64,000 bases of DNA from Tubulanus polymorphus (taxonomy: Eukaryota > Animalia > Nemertea), in assembly GCF_964204645.1 (NCBI RefSeq), contig NC_134027.1:8154485-8218484 (forward strand), in the 5' to 3' direction. Within the stretch, counting starts at the first letter, position 1. Each line of letters opens with the position of its first letter. Below are positions 54,754-64,000 of the stretch, piece by piece. Under the pieces are notes generated by a model. It saw nothing but the letters and a program-made list of their open reading frames with translations, did no database searches and was not told the origin of the DNA. The translations under genes were made by a program, and so were the position numbers.

Positions 54754-56657
54754 GTAAGTGGGTTAAGCATGAAATATATATTTCATAAGTTGCAGCTATG
54801 CCTGTGGATGCAAATGTGTAACCAGGCAATGCTCTACAAAAATATAATTACGTATTCGTCGATTCATAAGATGCTTATGACAGCATCACGAGAAGAAAGA
54901 TCATGAATGAGTGAATTCAGATGACTGATAAGTCTGATGGTTTGCCACACGTGTCGATCTTTCTATAGGGATTCTTCTTTTTAAGGTTTCGTCGACATCT
55001 TCTTAGTGTAAGCTAACGAATAGAGCGCCGATAAACCATGTATATACAACACTTAACAACCCCCTTACAAGGAGTCTTTATGAAAGTTTAAGGTTTCTTC
55101 TTTCCCTTTCCTTTTTTCCGCAAGCCAAGACTCCTTGGTTTATAAGTGCCCATGATCGTGACCACTCTATGGGAAAGTATCCCCTTGGAGGTCTCTGGTG
55201 TCCCATAGTAGGCACGTACTGGTAGCTACATGCCCTATTGCATTCACACATCTGTTGTTTCCAGTTTTACTGGTATCAGGGAAAAGTTTTACCTAGGTGG
55301 TATTATTAAGTACTTTACCTGTCCTAGCAGACTGAAGTATCATCTATCATCTATCATGCAGGGAATTGATGATGATCTGTTAACCGCATTACATAATGAT
55401 AAACCATAAGCTCAGTTAATGTATATTCCTGAGCTACCTGGAAAAACAAAGCACTATTGCCTGTGCACAGGGATTAGATATACTCAGTAGGTAGCTCAAG
55501 ATCTTTGAATTGAGATTCATACTCAAATTCACAATTGACACGAGGGAGTTGAATCTATAATTCATTACATTAGAACGTATGGAAATATTTCTAGGCGCAT
55601 TTTGATCGGTAAGAATTCTTTTGAATGGATCGAAAACTTTGACATTTATTGCATGAAGTAAATAATTTCAGTTTTATTCGAAAAAGTAGTTACACTGCTG
55701 CCGCTGCTGCTGCTGCACTTGGTGTAACTTATCGTTACTACTATAACCACACGAGCAGCAGATGCGCCGTTCGAAAACTTCAAAGCAAATTCTCTGAATA
55801 CTGCCTTCGAAACTCCGGTAATTTATAAGCCTAACGTTGCTCCATAAAACATATTCCTCGTTTTACTTTCATAGGGCGACCCGGTGATCTACGCAAAGCC
55901 GTTCCCATATTCGCCGTTCTTTTAAACCGAGTTTCTTAGATGTTGACCGAGTAGTTGTTTATTTCGATGACGTAACATGTCGTAAATTTGTCATTCCATG
56001 GTTTTCTCTTTCTCCCATAGAGAAAAAAAAAACATGAACGTGGCTGATTTATCTATTTTTATCGACCCAGTGAACTATTATTCCGTATCAAAGAACCCGT
56101 TTAATGATTACGGCATTAATTTGTTGTTGTCTACGGAATTGCCGATTTCGTGTACATGCGTAGGCCATAGTCCTGTACATTTCGCTGCGATTGGGTTTCG
56201 AGATTTCTTGAAAGAAATATTCCTTCAAACTGGTTTGCGATTAAATTTTGATCAACAATGATTTTGTTAATTTACTTCAAGGCGATCGAGTCTGATTTGG
56301 CATCCAGTCGTTTCGTCACTTTTCAAATCATCTTTTAGAATGATAGCGGATGAAAGGTGAAAGCAAGCTCCTGAAGGGTGGAAAGTGATCTTGCATTTTT
56401 CAATGTCTGTAACAGAATCTTGTTTTTCTCTTTTCAACTAATCTACGCAATAATTTCTTCAGCACAGTCAATTTACAACCTGAGACAATTACCAGGGTTA
56501 GAATGAATAACTTCACACGTTTTAGTCAGTCTAAGTATGTTGTCAGTAACCATGGATACAACACGCAGGAGTCATTTCGTTACTTGTTCTACAGATGACG
56601 TGATTCAGCGATAAAGTTTTTTTTACTTCTTGGCGTTAACCTTTTATGTAATGTCAC

Positions 56658-56852
56658 AGGCGCCTTTACACACCACCACTAGTTAGATAGTTCCAAATGG
56701 GTCGCTATCTGGAACGGACCAAATCAGAGCGTGTAAAACGGAATGGACCAATTTGGAATGGACTAGTTTTGCTAGAATTTTGCTTGTGTGAATGTTCGTT
56801 CTAGATCGGAACGGACCAAATTAAGACCATTTTTAAGTAATGTAAAGTGGAC
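56658..56852. mobile_element. Possible MITE with repeated ggaa(c/t)ggacc motifs
   Basis: gcctttacac...tgtaaagtgg termini; ggaacggaccaaat-like motifs repeated about 4 times. Confidence 0.4.
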
Positions 56853-57919
56853 ACGGCTTTAGTGATGATAATCCTTTGTTGGTCAGAGTAGCAGATAGTT
56901 CGATAATTTGAAGACCGCGCGGTGCTATTTACTTGAGCTTTTCATTTCGTATCACCTATCGAAGCCATATTCTCCACACTTAGTCGACTGGGGACCGATT
57001 AGCTTTGTAGCGGATGACTTCTAACGGAGACCGTTTTTCTCCCCAGCGCGATCTAATTATACAATGTAATCATGTTGTACGCAGTAAACAGATCTTTTAT
57101 CTCGAATCTTTTTCTTTCTCGGCGACGAAACGAGACGTGAATAGGTGATACCTTGAATTACCGTTTTTCGAAATGTCAAGCTGTTTATCAGATATATTTC
57201 GAAATTGGACAATTGTTCAGCAGCGATTATTTAGAATAACTAGAAGGGGCTGATTCGAATCGAATCATTTTGATTTGAATCGAGCTTTGAAAGTTTATTC
57301 AGTACACCAGCTGGAAAAATGCTTCGGTGAGATAGCGATCGGCCTTGTCAACGAGCCAACGGACTTTTTGCCGTCGTCGTAAGAGTTTTCAATTGGCGCG
57401 ACTGATGCGTAGCTTCCTGACGCAAGGCTGGGTGGCTGTTGTAATTAGGATTGCGCCACTTGAGCGTTACTCCATTTCCGGGATTCTGAGCGGATCAAAG
57501 GTGGTTCTCGGCGATAGCGAATACCCGCGGTTCAATGCATCACTTCCATAATAACTAGTATCCTGTACGCGTGGCACCTGATTACCGAACATGATTTATT
57601 TTCTTTATGAAAGCGAAATAGCTTTCGAAATCTCCTTCCTCGTCGGGGTTTTTTTTCTCATTTCAGCGCATTTCGCGTCGTGATATCTTAGAATGGCGCC
57701 GTGCCGGAAAAGAAAGTTTCAATTTGTTGTTAAGAAATTGCGCGATGTTTTCAGTGAAAATAGAAATGGTTGCAGTTGATAATTCCAACTTCAGTATCAA
57801 ATGATCAGTTCATAATTGAAGAGCTGAATTACGCCAGCGGCCTTTGCTAATTGAATTTGTTTGATACATGTACGTATCCCAGTAATTATCTTCTGACAAG
57901 TTGTTTCTATCTTTTTCAG

Positions 57920-58015
57920 GAGTTTGAGTGCGGAGTGTCTGTTGAAGGGTCTGAAAAACAAGAATGGTCCTTCACTTTTTATGACTTTGATGGCCGAGGA
58001 AAGATAACTAAAGAT
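57920..58015 (+). CDS. nkd: naked cuticle coding exon 6, EFX domain / EF-hand (EFECGVSVEGSEKQEWSFTFYDFDGRGKITKD)
   Basis: Diagnostic Nkd EFX sequence; 96 nt, phase 0-0; ctttttcag / gtaagg. Confidence 0.97.
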
Positions 58016-58396
58016 GTAAGGCATTTTGCTATTGTTGAATACCAAAAGTTCATTTATGAGTCAAAAAAGAAATGCATTTTCTGATTTTGTATCATGACTG
58101 ATATATCAAGCTCAACTAGTGGAACTAACCCTACGACATTAAAGCCTTTTTAAACGGCATATAATATAATCCTAAAATGTATACCGGTAGTGTTTCAGCG
58201 AAAGATGTAAGGCATGTTGCTATTGTTATATTCAATGATAAAGAAGTCAGAGTAAAAAATATCAAGTAAATAACGAAATGTATTTTCTAATTTTGTATCA
58301 TGACTGATCTGATTTCCAGCTCAGCTACACTCCCCTATGACATTATAGCATTTTTATTTAAACAGCAAACAGCAATATACAAGTAGTGTTTCAGTG
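58010..58396 (+). repeat. Diverged tandem duplication of about 190 bp that includes the exon-6 donor site
   Basis: aaagatgtaaggcat(t/g)ttgctattgtt at 58010 and 58201, followed by the shared ttttgtatcatgactgat and gtagtgtttcag. Confidence 0.8.
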
Positions 58397-58788
58397 AATG
58401 TTTTACAGCTTGAAATTCAAACATTTTATGGGTTTACCATTGTTCCTCATGGGCGGATCTAGGAAATCGGGGTCCAGAAGAAAAGACAGGGCATTTCTCG
58501 GATAAATCAGGCATGTCAAAGGCCACTAGCGGGCTCCTACCCTCAGTGCTAAGATGTTTTTGAAGAAATACATCTTAAAAGATGCAAATTCCGAGAGGAT
58601 GAATGTCAAATTGGCATCTTTTTTACTATCTCTGTCTTGACGAAAAGGGCTCAGTGGGATGGGTCCGGATCCCAAAGACCATCCACTAAATCTCTCCCTT
58701 TTCCCTTCTAGTTAAGTTTTGTATGGTACTCGTATGTGAAAAAAAATGATTTCGTTGTCAGGTTTTGTAGTGTGTGCTCGTATTTCAG

Positions 58789-59078
58789 GACATATCGAGT
58801 CTGATGAAATCGTTGTGCGACGCGGTCGGTTCGTCGATCAAACTCAGTCACAGCGGTTCGAAAACGTTGCGCTTAAAACTGACCGTCGCTCCTGAAGGCG
58901 GCAAAGGCGAAAACGCGACGAAACTGTCCGGTCAAGAGAACTTCAAACTGAACAACCTTTCATCGCCGAACGACGAAAAGAAATCGAAGCGCACGAGTTC
59001 GGGTGATCAGCATCGACGCCACCTGGTGGAAATGATTCAGAAAAACATCGAACGCCATCATCGGCATACAAACATTAA
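58789..59078 (+). CDS. nkd: naked cuticle coding exon 7 (DISSLMKSLCDAVGSSIKLSHSGSKTLRLKLTVAP...)
   Basis: C-terminal half of the EFX domain (SKTLRLKLTVAP); tatttcag / AA|gtaagt; phase 0 to 2. Confidence 0.95.
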
Positions 59079-59446
59079 GTAAGTTAAACTGACTCTTCAA
59101 ATTTCATCAGAACTTCAACCTTCGTAGATATATCTCTTACATTGAAATATATAACACAGAATTTGTTTATCTCTTCAGATTGTTATGTGTATGTAATATC
59201 AATTATTAATTTTATTAAATTACTTATTGATTTTTAAAATTATTGATATCACAGCGAATACTTATTGTTAATGTTTATGAAAATTTTTGAAAAGCAATCC
59301 CTTTATTCATTACTGGTGTAATAGTGAAAAAGTTATATATTTGTACCGTCATCGAGGAATCTTCGCTATCCTTGATTAACTGAAGTCGTGAAAAGATTTC
59401 TGACATTATGTGAAAAACTCATCTGACTCCATCTTGTCTTTTTTAG

Positions 59447-60170
59447 ACGGCAGAATTGTGATCAACGCGGCAGTTCCGAGGAACCGCCTCGACATCGCCA
59501 CGCGCATCGCGAGAAAAATACGAATCACGCGACGGCCGAAGAAAGTCAGGATCGGCGTAACTATTACCTGGATTTAGCCGGAGTTGAAAACAATAACACG
59601 ACGACGACGGTACCAGCCGTGTTGTGTAACTATAGTAACAACAATCACAAACACGAGTCGCATTCGAAACAGTCAAAACACCACGGTACGCGAGAACATT
59701 ATCAAAAACATCATCGGTCACGATCGTCGGACGTGAAAAATGAAACCAACGTTTCAATGGAACGCTATATCCGACTATTAGAGGAAACTCAGGAGCACGG
59801 ACGATCGCGCTCGCACGAACCGGATTCTGGACGCGTACGGACTCACCGGCATAGTTCCGTTCCCTTGAAAGCGAGCAAACGGCCGGTTAGTTTACCAACG
59901 CAGGGCGGCGGCGCCGGCGAAGACAAGTCGCCCCATCACTCGCGCCGGCACCACCGGCACACGCGCGATAAACATTTGGCGATGAAACAGGTCGCTGAGT
60001 GGATCGAACGCGAAGATTTATGGGGGGCGAAGGAGGTGACGACCGCCGCGGCTACCACGGTCACCGGCAGTTGTTCGTACAATGAAATGATGATCGTTCA
60101 AAGACACGAACATCATCACATGCACGAACACCATCATCATCATCATTATCATCATTACAACGAGACCTGA
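59447..60170 (+). CDS. nkd: naked cuticle last coding exon (RRNYYLDLAGVEN motif; His-rich C-terminus ...QRHEHHHMHEHHHHHHYHHYNET*)
   Basis: tcttgtcttttttag acceptor, phase 2; conserved RRNxYLDLAG motif, RSRSHEP motif and poly-His tail typical of Nkd. The total 8-exon CDS is 1500 nt. Confidence 0.95.
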
Positions 60171-61995
60171 TAACGATCAGGCCGCCGCTGCTGCTGCCAC
60201 CGCACACACCGCTTCGGTGCTGAACGGAAAATCCGAGTTCAATCGCGGTCGTGATGGCGACATCGCGTCGACAGGTTTCGCTTCAACTACTGTGCTTCTG
60301 TTTTATGCAATGGGTAGCTTTGATTATTATTGCCTGGATCGTCATAAGTCTTCATAATTCGTAACTTCAGAATTATTGTTATATCCTATGGATGTTCATC
60401 ATATACTACACATATGTGTATCAAAACTCTTTGCTAGGGCCTTTTTGAGTAAAATTCACTATTCTATAGTATGCTTATGGTAAATCAGTTCGGGTCTCCT
60501 TTACAGATTGCTTTCTACACTTTCTTTCAAATTAAGAAATTCAGTTTACCTACACATTTTTGAACTGATACTTCGCCGAGTTCGCCGAATTTGGAAATCA
60601 AAATTTTAAAAAAGATTTTCGTAACAGTATTTTATTACAGGATGTTAGAAAGCATTTAAAAAACCAATTTTAGTGTTTATAAACATTGGTGAACATACCA
60701 CTGAATATGCCACTGGTACAGCCAATAAGATATAGTGGCAATGGTTCTGCCTAAAAAGAATTGTTTCTTTTGTCATAATTCTCCTCTCAAATGCGAATTG
60801 AAATTTGAAAAAAAAATGTTTTTTGTAATGCTAAAAATATGTACCCGTATTTGTTTTGTACAGTTCAAATGTTTTATTTATAAGCTAAAAAGATGAAAAC
60901 CAGGGGCCTGTTTTATCAGACTTAACCCCAGGGAAGAAGTGAAAATGTCTAAGTCCATGGTTTCCTTTATTACTCTGGTAGTTAGCATCTCAACCTTCGA
61001 GTGAACTTTGATACCCTTGTCTATAAGACTGGTCCCTGCTTTTCTTTCAGTCAGGTTTCAATATTCTTGATTCCGGACAAAGTTGTCAGGGTTTCTGTAC
61101 ATAGATGTAGTGTAAAAATACATAGATAAAGATGCTGAAATATTCTTCGCTATTACCTTCTGGTGATGTAGAGAACATCTAAAAAACAATTGTTTTTCAT
61201 TCGATTTTTGTAGATAGTGGGAATTTGTCTATATTCCTCAAGTTAAGATTGGTTTCAGTGTTGCTATGAAATGTTATTACACGTACCAGTACCACAAATG
61301 TAAAGATTATGAAACAATCAAAATGTTATAATTTTTTCCACTCAGGATTTAGAATCACGAAATACGAATATTCAATTCATCAGAACGAAATTTTGAGCGT
61401 TAGAGGTAATGAAAATGTCGTTGTTTCTCTTGTAAAGAAACATAAACTCGCGTGATACTCAATATTAATTAAAAACTGCCATGGATATTAGTCCTGCCAT
61501 CGGATTCGTGCTCGAGGCATTGTGCGCATCATACGCTGTGCTGACAAGATGCAAACATCATTACATTTTAAACGGCCAGTTCTAGTTATGATTAGTGCGT
61601 AATACGACGCTCTCAGTTTCTGTGAATGATACTTGAAAAACGACAGTACGTGCGCTGTAAACTGTTTTCGAATCTCATGTTTCGGGTATTGGAGTTTTTT
61701 TTCCATGTTTTCATAATGGATTAATGCTTATTGTAGAAAATTGAAAAAAAATTATGAATTCGCTCTTTAAGCTGATGAATTCCGACGGAGATTATCTGCG
61801 TGCTACTTTTTAAAGAATCTCCGTTTTCTAAATATCCAGCATCGTCATTCAGGGAATTGTTAGAGATTTCCTCGAGTAAATCTCTTGAGACATATTGAGA
61901 AAAGTTTTGCATTACCTGTGCGTTATCTATGTAAATGTAGTACCGTTACGCCTTCATCCCAACAAATGGGCTGCATTTGTAATAGGACCACATAA

Positions 61996-62272
61996 GCCGC
62001 GATCACTCGGAGATACTGTGCCCGAGCCAAATTTGGCCCTTGCCTAATTAGAGAGCTCACTTACACGTAAACCACTCATTCGATACTAAACAATGCTCAA
62101 AGCGAAGTGAGTCACTGCCGGAACCAGTTGCAATTCACATGCAATGATTTGTCCCATGCTAAGATTTGGCTCGGGCCTGGTCCCACGTTTTTAGTGGGGT
62201 CAAACAGGCACGGGCCCATTTGGCAACCATGTGAATGTTGGCACAGGCCAAAAACACTTATGTGATCGCACC
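61996..62272. mobile_element. GCCGCGATCACAC-TIR MITE (copy 6)
   Basis: agccgcgatcactcggag...tgtgatcgcacct; internal sequence shared with copies 1-5. Confidence 0.8.
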
Positions 62273-63745
62273 TATGTAGGTTAATATAACTCAGCCCTTT
62301 GGTCCGTGTACACGAGGAAAATCGATTTCTCTTCTTAAATCTACCACATCAATGGTAGATCCATGTATCATGACAGAATGGTACTCACCTCTATATGGGT
62401 TGATTTCATAGTCCAGTAGTGCGGTAATACAAAATATATTGAATGTCAGCTTGATGATGATCTGAGCTCCAAGATGTTTTCTCTTAATTGTTTTCGACTG
62501 AATGTGTTGAACTTTTTGACAATCTTGCAGATAATGTGATTAACTGTGCTGTAATTTTTTCCAAGGATGGCAATATAGTCGTAAGACCGTATCGCATCAA
62601 CTTTCATTTCATTGCATCAACTCTTCCTATATATGAAATTGAGCAGGTCGGTAAACTGCTCGTCGTAAAATAAGCATCACATCTTTTTCTACACATGATA
62701 TCCCTTGAATAATGCATGATGCATATATGGGGAAGTTTGTATACAGTGGTATTTTTTCAGTAAGGATAATGTTGTAAGTTAGTCGCCCGATAAGAAGTGC
62801 ATACGGCAATGCATTCAGATATTTATTGACAATCACTTAAGTTAAATCTACGGATTATTGAGCTTGTGTAATTATGTACAGGTAACAGGAGTTTTTTTGT
62901 GTTACATTGTAATGCTGCCACACGTGTAAACCGATAGATGTGAAAAATATCTCAGTCAGATGTGATAATATCATCATGATCTGGAATTAGTAGAATTTTC
63001 AATTGAAACTTGGCCCAATTTCTTAGAAAAGTTGAATTCCCGAATCAGACCACGATCAGACCAATTCAGTTTATGTTTGATACATTCAGGAGTTCAACTT
63101 CTCGCGGAACATACTTGTGGAAGGGGATTTTTCAAGAGCTTCATTCTATCAGCCCGAGACGATGTACATTGTGCAATCTACCTATTTTCTACCTCAGTAG
63201 TTTTGAAGCTGCTGCCGGCCCTGTAGTGAGTCGGATAGCTGGTTTCACGTGTTTTGCACGGAGAGATATATGTCTTGGGTATATTTAATAATAATATAAT
63301 GAATAAAATGAAATATATGAATATATTATATATGAATAAATATGTGTACATTTCTTTATTGAAGATTATATCCGAATGTAATGATGAAGAATAAAGAAAA
63401 AGAATGACTCTCGCAAATTTGTTTAAAGATTGTCTATTTCAAATTATTTAGGTTCAAGTTAGTTCATTCAGTGATTCATTCCAACTATAATTTCTCTACA
63501 TGTTCAGCATGAAGCATCTGCGACTATGGACTTCAAAAGCCAGTCGTGCCCACCCCCCATTAGAGTCAGGCTTGTGTCAAAGTACTCCATAATATAATCC
63601 AGTGTTAATTAACAAGTGAGATACCGTTATAGAACGATAACCACACTCAAACGTGGTGAACGGATAATAAGATAAAATCCCACTATTTACAGATTAAAAG
63701 AATTTAAAAACCAGAATTTATTTATTAAATCTAAAATATTTAAAA

Positions 63746-63790
63746 GACACGACGTTTCGATCTCACCCTAGAGATCATCGTTAGGTGTGA
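63746..63790 (-). ncRNA. Degenerate minimal (Penelope-type) hammerhead ribozyme motif
   Basis: Minus strand: acac CTAACGA t GATCTC tagggt GAGATC GAAAC GTC gtgt. Stem I (acac/gtgt), 6-bp stem II, GAAA, tiny palindromic stem III and GUC triplet are present; the core reads CUAACGA instead of CUGANGA. Confidence 0.55.
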
Positions 63791-64000
63791 CCCTGAGATA
63801 CCGTTGTTTTGATAAAGTAGTTTTCTGGCTTTGATTTAAGTTGTAGCATGGACGTACATCTATTTCATACGTTCATAGTTGAAGGGAGAGACTGAGTGTG
63901 GACCAGCATGGATGCCCGTACTTTATCCTTAACTTTAAGCTAGAAATGACTTTTCGTGTCCGGATTGAGAACATCGCTGTTTAAATAGTGTTATATTGAA

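Noticed and set aside
59443-59757. 104-aa antisense ORF
   Set aside because: Shadow of the nkd last exon.

Overview
AT-rich, intron-rich animal genomic DNA, most likely a non-insect invertebrate (inference; a lophotrochozoan-like gene structure). Almost all ORFs in the supplied track are spurious. I reconstructed two spliced genes by hand. (1) A complete naked cuticle (nkd) gene on the + strand, 23243-60170: 8 coding exons in consistent phase, 1500 nt, 499 aa, with a myristoylation-type MGKIHSKH start, an EFX/EF-hand domain, the RRNYYLDLAG motif and a His-rich C-terminus. (2) A divergently transcribed gene on the - strand (16512 to 4474) for a small secreted 10-Cys prokineticin/astakine/colipase-fold peptide. 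The most notable observation is an extra exon-like segment in nkd intron 3 (about 31357-31587). It encodes motifs resembling the insect-type Nkd N-terminus (EATTDSE...TAPADI), so one locus may carry both the vertebrate-type and the insect-type N-terminus. The locus also has many TCF/LEF-like sites, several MITE families, an L2/CR1-like LINE 3' remnant, degenerate Penelope-type minimal hammerhead motifs and a (TA)n-centred palindrome of about 340 bp. All similarities to known proteins are from memory, not database searches.
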